DNA from: Macrostomum hystrix
Lineage: Eukaryota > Animalia > Platyhelminthes
Reading direction: 5' to 3'
NCBI GenBank assembly: GCA_950097015.1
Contig: CATNEN010000032.1
Span: 2,480,001 to 2,544,000, forward strand
DNA: 64,000 nt
Below, piece by piece: positions 31,570-44,408 of this stretch. Every line of letters starts with the position of its first letter. Within the stretch, counting starts at the first letter, position 1. Under the pieces are notes generated by a model. The model ran no database searches. It worked only from the letters and a program-made list of their open reading frames with translations, and was not told the origin of the DNA. The position numbers and the translations under genes were made by a program.

Positions 31570-34050
31570 GGTGGGAAAGGAAGTAGAGATGAGAAGGAAA
31601 GGATGGGAAAGGAAGTAGAGGTGAGAAGGAAAGGATGGGAAAGGAAGTTGAGGTGAGAAGAAGAGGATGGGAAAGGAAGTTGAAGTGAGAAGAAGAGGAT
31701 GGGAAAGGAAGTAGAGGTGAGAAGAAGAGGATGGGAAAGGAAGTAAAGGTGAGAAGAAGAGGATGGGAAAGGAAGTAAAGGTGAGAAGAAGAGGATGGGA
31801 AAGGAAGTAGAGGTGAGAAGAAGAGTATGATAAAGGAAGTTGAGGTGGGAAGGAAAGGAATAGAAACGAAGTTGAGGTGAGAAGGAAAGGATGAGAAAGG
31901 AAGTAGAGGTGAGAAGAAGAGGATGGGAAAGGAAGTAGAGGTGAGAAGGAAAGGATGAGAAAGGAAGTAGAGATGAGAAGGAAAGGATAGGAAAGGAAGT
32001 AGAGGTGAGAAGGAAAGGATGGGAAAGGAAGTAGAGGTGAGAAGAAGAGGATGGGAAAGGAAGTAGAGGTGAGAAGGAAAGGATGAGAAAGGAAGTAGAG
32101 ATGAGAAGGAAAGGATAGGAAAGGAAGTAGAGGTGAGAAGGTAAGGATGGGAAAGGAAGTTGAGGTGGGAAGGAAAGGAATAGAAACGAAGTTGAGGTGA
32201 GAAGGAAAGGATGAGAAAGGAAGTAGAGGTGAGAAGAAGAGGATGGGAAAGGAAGTAGAGGTGAGAAGGAAAGGATGAGAAAGGAAGTAGAGGTGAGAAG
32301 AAGAGGATGGGAAAGGAAGTTGAGGTGAGAAGAAGAGGATGGGAAAGGAAGTAGAGATGAGAAGGAAAGGATGAGAAAGGAAGTTGAGGTGAGAAGGAAA
32401 GGATGGGAAAGGAAGTAGAGGTGAGAAGGAAAGGATGAGAAAGGAAGTAGAGGTGAGAAGAAGAGGATGGGAAAGGAAGTTGAGATGAGAAGGAAAGGAT
32501 GAGAAAGGAAGTAGAGGTGAGAAGAAGAGGATGGGAAAGGAAGTTGAGGTGAGAAGGAAAGGATGGGAAAGGAAGTATAGGTGAGAAGGAAAGGATGAGA
32601 AAGGAAGTAGAGGTGAGAAGAAGAGGATGGGAAAGGAAGTTGAGGTGAGAAGAAGAGGATGGGAAAGGAAGTTGAGGTGAGAAGAAGAGGATGGGAAAGG
32701 AAGTTGAGGTGAGAAGGAAAGGATGAGAAAGGAAGTAGAGGTGAGAAGAAGAGGATGGGAAAGGAAGTTGAGGTGAGAAGAAGAGGATGGGAAAGGAAGT
32801 TGAGGTGAGAAGGAAAGGATGAGAAAGGAAGTAGAGGTGAGAAGAAGAGGATGGGAAAGGAAGTTGAGGTGAGAAGAAGAGGATGGGAAAGGAAGTAGAG
32901 GTGAGAAGGAAAGGATGGGAAAGGAAGTAGAGGTGAGAAGGAAAGGATGGGAAAGGAAGTAGAGGTGAGAAGGTAAGGATGGGAAAGGAAGTAGAGGTGA
33001 GAAGGTAAGGATGGGAAAGGAAGTAGAGGTGAGAAGGTAAGGATGGGAAAGGAAGTAGAGGTGAGAAGGAAAGGATGGGAAAGGAAGTAGAGGTGAGAAG
33101 GAAAGGATGGGAAAGGAAGTAGAGGTGAGAAGGAAAGGATGGGAAAGGAAGTAGAGGTGAGAAGGTAAGGATGGGAAAGGAAGTAGAGGTTAGAAGGTAA
33201 GGATGGGAAAGGAAGTAGAGGTGAGAAGGTAAGGATGGGAAAGGAAGTAGAGGTGAGAAGGAAAGGATGGGAAGGAAGTAGAGGTGAGAAGGAAAGGATG
33301 GGAAAGGAAAGTAGAGGTTAGAAGGTAAGGATGGGAAAGGAAGTAGAGGTGAGAAGGTAAGGATGGGAAAGGAAGTAGAGGTGAGAAGGAAAGGATGGGA
33401 AAGGAAGTAGAGGTGAGAAGGAAAGGATGGGAAAGGAAGTAGAGGTGAGAAGGTAAGGATGGGAAAGGAAGTAGAGGTGAGAAGGTAAGGATGGGAAACG
33501 AAGTAGAGATGAGAAGGAAAGGATGGGAAAGGAAGTAGAGGTGAGAAGAAGAGGATGGGAAAGGAAGTAGAGGTGAGAAGGTAAGGATGGGAAAGGAAGT
33601 AGAGGTGAGAAGGTAAGGATGGGAAAGGAAGTAGAGGTGAGAAGAAGAGTATGATAAAGGAAGTAGAGGTGAGAAGAAGAGGATGGGAAAGGAAGTAGAG
33701 GTGAGAAGGTAAGGATGGGAAAGGAAGTAGAGGTGAGAAGGAAAGGATGGGAAAGGAAGTAGAGGTGAGAAGGAAAGGATGGGAAAGGAAGTAGAGGTGA
33801 GAAGGAAAGGATGGGAAAGGAAGTAGAGGTGAGAAGGAAAGGATGGGAAAGGAAGTAGAGGTGAGAAGGAAAGGATGGGAAAGGAAGTATAGGTGAGAAG
33901 AAGAGTATGATAAAGGAAGTAAAGGTGAGAAGGAAATAATGGGAAAGGAAGTAGAGGTGAGAAGGAAAGGATGGGAAAGGAAGTAGAGGTGAGAAGAAGA
34001 GGATGGGAAAGGAAGTAGAGGTGAGAAGGAAAGGATGGGAAAGGAAGTAA
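31570..34050. repeat. 32-bp polypurine satellite (GGATGGGAAAGGAAGTAGAGGTGAGAAGGAAA)
   Basis: About 77 monomers. The unit is 29/32 purine with no C. Confidence 0.97.
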
Positions 34051-34684
34051 AGAAGGAGAGAGGAGACTAGAGAAAGCGTGAAGTGGATGCGGTAGTTAGA
34101 AGAAGAGGAATGAGGACTTAAAAAGGTACAAAAAAGGACTTATGGATGGAAAAATGTTTACTAAGGAAATTTTTCCGCAATAACAAGAGAGGGGGAGATT
34201 GAGATAGATTTGTGTGACGATTGGGACACTGCAATGTCTGTTGTGTCGCTAATTGGCTTATTACAGACTCGCACACTCGTCCTGTTTTTTTTACCCAGCT
34301 TCAGGTGATGACGCCCTACTGAGAGGAAGGGATTTCAAAAACATTTGTCGCCATCCGTGCCTAATTGGGTTTGAGAATCCGGTCTTTTACCTGTAATCCC
34401 GCGGCTCCGGCTAGCACGTGTCGGTTATTTATTTGATATCAAGGCAGTACTTTTCTTCCCAGATTTTTTTATTCCCTGTTTACTCCGAGCCTGCGCCCGC
34501 ACACGCAGACGTCAACACCCAATTAATTCAATTATGTCGCTTGCACTAGTGACCGCCAATTTTTTTAGCTCTGAATAAAAGTGAAAGCTAACGAATTCGA
34601 AAATAAAAAACTGTATATGGAACTAATAGCCATAGTTTATTGACACATCCAAAAATACTACTGCTCCATCTCATTCATATTCCC

Positions 34685-35185
34685 CTTCATCATCACTCAT
34701 CTGCCCTCCATCCTCACTCATCTGCCCTCCATCCTCACTTATCTGCCCTCCATCCTCACTCATCTGCCCTCTATCCTCACTCATTTGCCCTCCATCCTCA
34801 CTCATCTGCCCTCCATCCTCACTCATCTGCCCTCCATCCTCACTCATCTCCCCTCTATCCTCACTCATCTCCCCTCCATCCTCACTCATCTGCCCTCCAT
34901 CCTCACTCATCTGCCCTCCATCCTTACTCATCTGCCCTCCATCCTTACTCATCTGCCCTCCATCCTTACTCATCTCCCCTCTATCCTCACTCATCTCCCC
35001 TCCATCCTCACTCATCTGCCCTCCATCCTCACTCATCTGCCCTCCATCCTCACTCATCTGCCCTCCATCCTTACTCATCTGCCCTCCATCCTTACTCATC
35101 TCCCCTCTATCCTCACTCATCTCCCCTCCATCCTCACTCATCTGCCCTCCATCCTCACTCATCTGCCCTCCATCCTCACGCATCT
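34685..35185. repeat. 21-bp pyrimidine-rich minisatellite (CCTCACTCATCTGCCCTCCAT)
   Basis: 7-aa periodic translations. Confidence 0.96.
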
Positions 35186-35749
35186 CCTCTCCTATCAAAT
35201 ATGTCGCCGTGCCAGAGCAGAGCTACAGTGCCATTGCTAATGTTAAATTTGAAGCCAGATGTCCAATTGGTACATAAAAATGGAATTAAAAATCGCTGTT
35301 TTTGGCCTCCGCTGGCAACCCAGCGATTAAACTATAAATAAAGCAATGCGGATGCTTATAACTCGCAGATGCCAGTAAAAATGATGCTGAGTAAATGCCT
35401 AGATAGAAATGAAGCATTTCTAAATTTAACTAAGGGGGGTAAATGGTAATGCGAAAATTGCACATGAAAGGCCAAGCACAGTTATGCATCACCTAAATGG
35501 CTTAGTTTACTAAACTCTTGAACGAATATGTGAAGCAGTAAACAACTTGCTTTAAGAATTGTTGTTGATGTTTTGCCTGGGTGGCTATTGTCCCACCCAT
35601 TTTTCTTCTCTGAGTTATTTTCTAGGTTTTCTGTCTGCTTCTCAAGTGAACGCTATGAAAAACAATGTGACACGAGAGAGAGTTGCAGCTGAAAGAGAAC
35701 TAAGTAGATTATGATAACTAGACAGAGAGGGACGGAGAGTTTATATAGG

Positions 35750-37245
35750 AGATGAGGGAGGGGAGATGAGGGAGGGGAGATGAGAGTGGGGAGATGAGGG
35801 AGGGGAGATGAGTGAGGGGAGATGAGGGAGGGGAGATGAGGGAGGGGAGATAAGTGAGGGGAGATAAGAGAAGAGAGATGAGGGAGGGGAGATGAGGGAG
35901 GGGAGATAAGGGAGGGGAGATGAGGGTGGGGAGATGAGGGAGGGGAGATGAGGGAGGGGAGATAAGTGAGGGGAGATGAGAGAGGAGAGATGAGGGAGGG
36001 AGATGAGGGAGGGGAGATGAGTGAGGGGAGATGAGAGAGGAGAGATGAGGGAGGGGAGATGAGGGAGGGGAGATGAGTGAGGGGAGATGAGGGAGGGGAG
36101 ATGAGGGAGGGGAGATGAGGGAGGGGAGATGAGGGAGGGGAGATGAGAGAGGGGAGATGAGAGAGGAGAGATGAGGGAGGGGAGATGAGGGAGGGGAGAT
36201 AAGGGAGGGGAGATGAGGGTGGGGAGATGAGGGAGGGGAGATGAGGGAGGGGAGATAAGTGAGGGGAGATGAGAGAGGAGAGATGAGGGAGGGGAGATGA
36301 GGGAGGGGAGATGAGGGAGGGAGATGAGGGAGGGGAGATGAGTGAGGGGAGATGAGTGAGGGGAGATGAGTGAGGGGAGATGAGTGAGGGGAGATGAGGG
36401 AGGGGAGATAAGTGAGGGGAGATGAGAGAGGAGAGATGAGGGAGGGGAGATGAGGGAGGGGAGATGAGGGAGGGGAGATAAGTGAGGGGAGATGAGAGAG
36501 GTGAGATGAGGGAGGGGAGATGAGTGAGGGGAGATGAGTGAGGGGAGATGAGGGAGGGGAGATGAGGGAGGGGAGATAAGTGAGGGGAGATGAGAGAGGA
36601 GAGATGAGGGAGGGGAGATGAGGGAGGGGAGATAAGGGAGGGGAGATGAGGGAGGGGAGATGAGTGAGGGGAGATGAGGGAGGGGAGATAAGGGAGGGGA
36701 GATGAGGGAGGGGAGATGAGTGAGGGGAGATGAGGGAGGGAGATGAGGGTGGGGAGATGAGTGAGGGGAGATGAGTGAGGGGAGATGAGGGAAGGGAGAT
36801 GAGTGAGGGGGGATAAGGGAGGGGAGATGAGGGAGGGAAGATGAGGGAGGGAAGATGAGGGAGGGGAGATGAGGGAGGGGAGATGAGGGAGGGGAGATTA
36901 GGGAGGGGAGATGAGGGAGGGGAGATGAGGGAGGGAGATAAGGGAGGGGAGATAAGGGAGGGGGATAAGGGAGAAGAGATGAGGGAGGGGAGATGAGGGT
37001 AGGGAGATGAGGGTGGCGAGATGAGGTAGTGGAGATAAGGTAAGGGAGATGAGGGTGGGGAGATGAGGGTGGGGAGATGAGGGTGGGAGATTGGGGAGGG
37101 GAGATGAGGGAGGGGAGATTAGGGAGGGGAGATTAGGGAGGGGAGATTAGGGAGGGGAGATTAGGGAGGGAAATGAGGGAAGGGAGTTGAGGGAAGGAAG
37201 TTGGGGGAAGGGAGGTGGGGAGGGGAGGTGAGATGAGGGAGGGGA
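35750..37245. repeat. 14-bp G-rich satellite (GAGGGAGGGGAGAT)
   Basis: About 105 monomers with GGG and GGGG tracts in each unit. Confidence 0.96.
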
Positions 37246-37776
37246 TATGAAGATGATGTGAGTCACATACTGATGACAAAATTTCCTAGGGTGACTGTTT
37301 CAGACCGCAATGGGCACAAAGTTGAGCTAACATAGAATGCGAAGACACGAAAGAACATATTACTTTGTCGGCTAGTGCATCTATTCAGGTCGTGTCAAAC
37401 TCAGAGACGCCACTGTTGTGTTGCACTTTCACGAGTCTCATAGCTTTCTTTCCAGTTCATTCTCAAGCAAAGTTTCTGCGGCAAGGTGGGGTGGGGCGAG
37501 CAGAGATAGAATAATTTGCATCACCAATAGAGCTAATGCAACAAGCGAGTTCGCGTGTACAACCAGAGGCCCAGTTGTCAAGTGTGCCGTTTATAGATTC
37601 TCTATCTTTTCTTGGTTGCCACTCGTTTACTTACTCTTTTTTTCATTTCAAGTTCGCAATTCTGAAGTTCTGCATTTGGTTTAGCATTTTGTACAGCCTG
37701 TTTGTACGTGGGTCTCTGCTTGCTTGCGGATGTGTCTAAAAATTTAGTTTTTTTACTCTCTTTTGATAGTGTAAAT

Positions 37777-37830
37777 CAGGGGTCGGCAAACGGCACTCGA
37801 AGCCCCCAAATCTGGCCCGTTGCCCCTTGC
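37777..37830 (+). mobile_element. Truncated hAT-type MITE left end
   Basis: CAGGGGTCGGCAAAC...CCAAATCTGGCCCG, typical of hAT/Charlie MITE 5' termini. The matching right end was not found. Confidence 0.5.
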
Positions 37831-38377
37831 AACACCTATAGTATCCTCCCTCATCTTTCCCGTCTCATCTCTCTCTCATCTGGAGATAGAGAGTCTCATC
37901 TCGCCTCGGTCTAATCTCTCCCCTGTCGTATCTCTCCCTGTCTCCCTGTCTCGTCTCTTCTCCGTCTCAACCCTTGAAATGATCACTATTGGGATCAATT
38001 TGAGATCGTATTAGGCTATGCCTCTAAAAGTATTTTTAGTGAAGGACTCCTTCCTTTATCTCACCTTCCACCGCACTCACGCAAGCCAAGATTGAAAGTG
38101 AAACATAAAATGCTTAGTGTCACATGCGCACACATGCGCACAAGCATTGAGTGAAAGTACAGTTTCAATGTGAAGTAGCCATTTTGAGGGCCAGTTGAAA
38201 CTGGAACCTATACTCGAAATTCGAACACTCGAGTCCAGTAGCACGGGTGTCACCAGGCAGCACAGTGTTACATTTTATAGACATTCCTCTGTGAGGGCTG
38301 GTCATGAAAGTCAGAAAATTACGATTAACCAAGAAACTGCTGTAAGGGCCTATATTTGATCCAGCCAGTCATGAAAT

Positions 38378-39585
38378 GAACCTTATGGAGGCCTGAGATG
38401 CCTCTAGATTAGAGGCGATAAAATGACCTTATGGAGGCCTGAAATGCCTCTAGATTGGAGGCGATAAAATGACCTTATGGAGGCCTGAAATGCCTCTAGA
38501 TTGGAGGCGATAAAATGACCTTATGGAGGCCTGAAATGCCTCTAGATTGGAGGCGATAAAATTGACCTTATGGAGGCCTGAAATGCCTCTAGATTGGAGG
38601 CGATAAAATGACCTTATGGAGGCCTGAAATGCCTCTAGATTGGAGGCGATAAAATGACCTTATGGAGGCCTGAGACGCCTCTAGATTGGAGGCGATAAAG
38701 TGACCTTATGGAGGCCTGAGACGCCTCTAGATTGCAGGCGATAAAGTGACCTTATGGAGGCCTGAGATGCCTCTAGATTGCAGGCGATAAAGTGACCTTA
38801 TGGAGGCCTGAGATGCCTCTAGATTGGAGGCGATAAAATGACCTTATGGAGGCCTGAGATGCCTCTAGATTGGAGGCGATAAAATGACCTTATGGAGGCC
38901 TGAGATGCCTCTAGATTGGAGGCGATAAAGTGGCCTTATGGTGGCCTGAGATGCCTCTAGATTGGAGGCGATAAAATGACCTTATGGTGGCCTGAGATGC
39001 CTCTAGATTGGAGACGATAAAATGACCTTATGGTGGCCTGAGATGCCTCTAGAATGGAGACGATAAAATGACCTTATGGAGGCCTGAGATGCCTCTAGAT
39101 TGGAGACGATAAAATGACCTTATGGAGGGCCTGAAATGCCTCTAGATTGGAGGCGATAAAATGACTTTATGGAGGCCTCAGATGCCTCTAGATTGGAGGC
39201 GATAAAATGACCTTATGGAGGCCTGAAATGCCTCTAGATTAGAGGCGATAAAATGACCTTATGGAGGCCTGAAATGCCTCTAGATTCGAGGCGATAAAAG
39301 GACCTTATGGAGGCCTGAGATGCCTCTAGATTGGAGACGATAAAATGACCTTATGGAGGCCTGAGATGCCTCTAGATTGGAGGCGATCAAATGACCTTAT
39401 GGAGGCCTGAGATGCCTCTAGATTGGAGGCGATAAAAGGACTTTATGGAGGCGTGAGATGCCTCTAGATTGGGGACGATAAAATGATGGCCTGAGACCTT
39501 ATGACCTTATGGTGGCCTGAGATGCCTCTAGAATGGAGACGATAAAATGACCTTATGGAGGCCTGAGATGCCTCTAGATTGAAGG
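38378..39585. repeat. 46-bp satellite (GACCTTATGGAGGCCTGAGATGCCTCTAGATTGGAGGCGATAAAAT)
   Basis: About 26 monomers with no unique spacers. Confidence 0.97.
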
Positions 39586-40421
39586 CCACGAAGGATTCTC
39601 CTGGTTGGATGCCTTAATCCCAAAAGTGCATTTGCCATTCTTGGGTAATGTAAGTGCATATTACAAATCAACCTTTTTGAGTCACTGCTCTCAAGTTTTG
39701 TTGTTAAGAGGGTGCCCGCAGATTCATCTATCCTGCGATCCTGCGGGTTCCTCATAAGCTCCTTTATTGGCTTGAATAGACAAAATAGTAATGTAAAATG
39801 CGGGAGCTGTATAGAGTTTATCGTATTTTAATTCTGGGATGTCACTGTGCATAGAAGATCCCACGCTTATATTGTATTACCTAATCAGCATAACTACACG
39901 CAATCTACTGTATAAGGCTCGTTATCAAAGTGAGTCACTCCCCCACTTGTTACCAGCGGCCTGTCCAAATCTGAACCGGTTCTGCACTCGTGCACTTTGC
40001 AGTTGAGATTTCCTTTGTCGGCTAAAATTTACACCGCGATGCTCTATAAGCTGTTCCATTATTCATTTGATAAATTTGATCCTACTTTAGTTTGCATAGT
40101 GCACAAGGCGGAAACACGAGTGGACGCCAAATGCGCTACTTCCCCAGTTAGGAAGAATTCTGGCTGAGTTTGGGATGCTGGGTCGCTACGGCCCCTGATT
40201 CACGGGAGAAATGCGAAACTAAGAGTGTGATTGTGATTAATGCATTTTCCTAGGACAAACGCAGACACCAGATACGCCTTGCCTTACATGGGAAGTTGTT
40301 TAGATTGATCTTTAATTTGAGAATTTCTTTTGAAATAAAGACATGCTACTCATCTCGTAACATTAGTATAATTTTTACAAGAGGTACAAGATCTCTGTGA
40401 CACAAAGGACCAATCCAGAAG

Positions 40422-41236
40422 AGACGTCGAATCCTTCTCGGTGTCACGAACTATCACACTAAATAGACGTCGAATCCTTCTCGGTGTCACGAACTATCAC
40501 ACTAAATAGACGTCGAATCCTTCTCGGTGTCACGAACTATCACACTAAATAGACGTCGAATCATTCTCGGTGTCACGAACTATCACACTAAATAGACGTC
40601 GAATCCTTCTCGGTGTCACGAACTATCACACTAAATAGACGTCGAATCCTTCTCGGTGTCACGAACTATCACACTAAATAGACGTCGAATCCTTCTCGGT
40701 GTCACAAACTCTAACACAGTAAATAGACTTCGAATCATTCTCGGTGTCACAAACTCTAACACAGTAAATAGACTTCGAATCATTCTCGGTGTCACGAACT
40801 ATCACACTAAATAGACGTCGAATCCTTCTCGGTGTCACAAACTCTAACACAGTAAATAGACTTCGAATCATTCTCGGTGTCACAAACTCTAACACAGTAA
40901 ATAGACTTCGAATCATTCTCGGTGTCACGAACTATCACACTAAATAGACGTCGAATCCTTCTCGGTGTCACAAACTCTAACACAGTAAATAGACTTCGAA
41001 TCATTCTCGGTGTCACAAACTCTAACACAGTAAATAGACTTCGAATCATTCTCGGTGTCACGAACTATCACACTAAATAGACGTCGAATCCTTCTCGGTG
41101 TCACGAACTATCACACTAAATAGACGTCGAATCATTCTCGGTGTCACGAACTATCACACTAAATAGACGTCGGATCCTTCTCGGTGTCACGAACTATCAC
41201 ACTAAATAGACGTCGAATCATTCTCGGTGTCACGAA
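40422..41236. repeat. 43/45-bp satellite with a 133-bp higher-order unit
   Basis: 43-bp monomers flank central (43+45+45) blocks. Identical ORFs are offset by 133 bp (40674 vs 40807). Confidence 0.96.
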
Positions 41237-44200
41237 GTATATCTTGAGGATACATCAGATCCTTCACGGGTCTCAATCGGATTTGCAGCTTTAGAAGTAC
41301 ATCTATAGGGCGTTGCCCATGGAGTTTTTCGCCAGATTTTCTAGTGTCTCGATTCTTTCAGTGATTTTTTACACAATGATGGAACATTAAAGGTTACAGA
41401 CACCTTGGTAATCAATGCTTTCCCATAGTACATTTTCCCCTAGCTGCTCAGTGTCGACTGAGTGAGTGGGATTGACGCATTTCTCACGGGCACGCCCCTG
41501 ACGGTGCCTTGAGATGACGGGTTAAAGAGCTTGCGCGGAGCACAAACGGATTAGATGACACATTTTCTAGTAAGCATTTGCTTGGGTAAGTGTGCTCAAA
41601 ATCCTACACTATCTTTACTTGAAGAATGCAGGATTCTGCGCTGTCACTCTCTCGCTATTGCTCTTGTGGCTGCTTGCGCAAAGGTGCAAAAAGGCCCTCA
41701 TAAAAAGCCAATGTTCGAATGTGCACCGAACCAGAAAGGAATGCGTCACATGAAAGCTCGGATTGCAATTGAAATTGTGACCTTCGGTCTAGTGAGAAAG
41801 ATATAGAGATTGATAAGACTTTGACTAGCGGAAATTAAGCTGGCATTATTAGCACTTGTTGAGAATTCGGAGCTAACTTGCAGTTTCTGCATGCACCGGG
41901 CCAAAGTCCGTATACACTTACTTTAATTTGGCTCTGAGCTCATTACAAACAGTTTCACATCACTGAAAGTTCTAAAACTTCAGTTATCTGTCTTATTTTG
42001 CAATTAATTGCTCTGGATACAGGCTATAGCTGGGCTGTGTAAGTTGGATTTGAGCACGACAAGCGAACACGAGCACGCATCGATTTCTCTGCAAAAACGG
42101 GACATTGCGAGCCAGCCAGGCAGTTTGCCAGGCCAGGCAAGCTAATAGTGCAAGGCCAAGCAGACTTGGCACCAATTTCCAGCCACTCTCCTTCCCTAGA
42201 AGTGGGATCCCGCCAAGGGGAACTCATACTGCCTGAGTCTACTCAAAGAGTGAGTGATGACGGAAGGGCAGCTGGGTGACTCACTATGGGAGAAGGGTCT
42301 GTGTGAACTCAACCCATTCCAGTCACAGTTGCCTGGGCTGCACTTGTCCAGGACGAGGGGGGTAGAGAAGAGCGAGTGAGATGGGAACAGTCCTATAGTT
42401 GTCAAGGGCAACGGGGAGAAATATCTGTTGAAAGCCAGTCCATCCTACGCCAATCCGGCTTAAACTTCCTCTCCCCCATTTCTGCCGGCCAGCGGTTGCT
42501 ATGACAGTGTTTGGGAAGATTATAGTAGACGGGCTGGAGAGGAGGAATAGGAAGCTGAGCAGATCGATGACGCGCTAGTGGGGAGAATGAGGATGAGGAG
42601 ATTGGGGATGGCAGACAGAGGTCGGAGTTGGGCCGGTGCAAGGGGACATGGGCTCCTATCCAAATACACTTTTCCCCTCAGCTTTCCGTTTCCTGCTCTC
42701 CGAGCGTTCCCACGCGACCGTCACCGGCAAGAATCTCCCGCACTAAATTTATCGCTAGCGAGCGCGTCATCGAGTGCCATTTTTCCTGTTGGCTTACGAG
42801 CTGGGATATTTTTCAAACCTCAATTGCCCACACACGCCAGAAAAAAACACGGATAGGGAGGAGCGGAGAGGCAGGAAATGAGGTTGGCCAGCAAGCTCAC
42901 TGCAAAAAATAAAGATCTCCCGTAAAAAAACTCCCAAAATATCCCTCCGACCTCTTGGCGTCCCAAGAAAGAATAAAAAAGTCTTGGCAAACAGGCTTGT
43001 TGGCGCGGAGCCAATGCCTGTCGCGGGGTGCCGCAGCAGCTGTTGCTGTGCGAGCTATGACACACTGGCAGCTAACGCCTCCGCATTTCCAGTACCTCTG
43101 GCCCATAGGTAATCTATAGGTAGCATCTACGTAGTTGTAAACACACTAAATCATTACTGCATATGTTGGCTTCCATATTGCTCAGAGCTTTGACAGCACC
43201 GCTGTCAATTGGCAGCACCAGCAGCACAAAACATGTTGCTTTCTGAATTCTTTAGTTCTGGTATACAGCCAACCTTGTTTGTCATTCACATTCACACGTA
43301 CTTAGTATGTCGATAATGTACAGAATTAGCAAAATCAAGTTTTATGCATGAAAAAAGCCAAAGACGGAAGTGAAAGTTATTATTTTTTTTGTTAATTTTT
43401 TCGACTGCCTTTAGTCCAGTAAAGTCATTTATTTACAATGCACCTGCGGAGCAGAGGGCGCGGAGTCTATACACTCTCATTGTATTGTTTCAATTAATTA
43501 CTTTTAGCAGCAACAAAATACTTGACAACAACAATAAAGCACAACGATTAGGCAAAACAAAGAAGCAGGTAGACATTGGGATTCAATCCCATTGAGGAGA
43601 GGCATTCTTCTTTAGTAGTAAATTTCTGATTGACAAGTTAATTACACAAGACAAGCATTTCAGTAGGAGCAATCTGCAGCTTTTTGGCAGTACAGTAACA
43701 GATATAATAGAATTGCATAGTCATAAATAAGCTGACGAAGGAGGGGGGCTAATTGTTCAATATTGACAGCGGACCAGTAAAAGAAGAAGCTCACGTAAAA
43801 CAAAAAAAAGAAGCAGAATTCAGCGAAACTTAAAACAAGATTAAAAAGCAAACAAATTGAAAGCGAGTTGTCGCACTGTTTTCAGAGGTCTGGTCAGAAT
43901 TGATCTGAGCGCCGCGTATTTGAGGTGATTATCGTGATAGCACAGCGGAATAGAATAATGGAATCGCACAGAGTCCAAGGTGGGGCAGTTGAGAAATGCA
44001 GGCAGCTCTTGACCGCGAGGCTGTCTGCACAACGGGAAATGCTTTTCGTCGGACAGCCAGGGGTCACAGAGTGGGGCACAACGGGGGAATGGGGAAGCAA
44101 GTCTAAATTATCGTCTTCAGAAGCTGCGACAAGCGGCATGAGCGGTTAATTAATCTGAATTGAGTTAAACATTTTCAGTTGCACTGTACACGAGACACAC

Positions 44201-44408
44201 AGGCGGGGGACAACAGAAGGTCAGGGGGGCATTGCATTGGATTGCGCATGACAACGGACAAGATCAATTAAATAAATCAAATCGGACATTAAAATCCAAG
44301 TTTAAGTTAAAGTACAGATGAAGTAATTGGCTCTATGCCAAAGATGCAGCGCTGTCTGCGCTGCCGCATGCATCCCACTGATTGATAGATTGATCGTTGG
44401 ACAATTGC

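Noticed and set aside
37275-37390. Cadherin-like peptide (VTVSD...ELTIECED...SASIQV) on plus
   Set aside because: Requires a frameshift and has no supporting neighbouring exons; the similarity is too weak.
38378-41236. 46-bp and 43-bp partly palindromic repeats as CRISPR arrays
   Set aside because: No unique spacers; simple tandem satellites.
41993-43106. Cluster of overlapping 60-95 aa ORFs
   Set aside because: Both strands, no recognisable domains; consistent with GC-rich non-coding DNA downstream of Pim.
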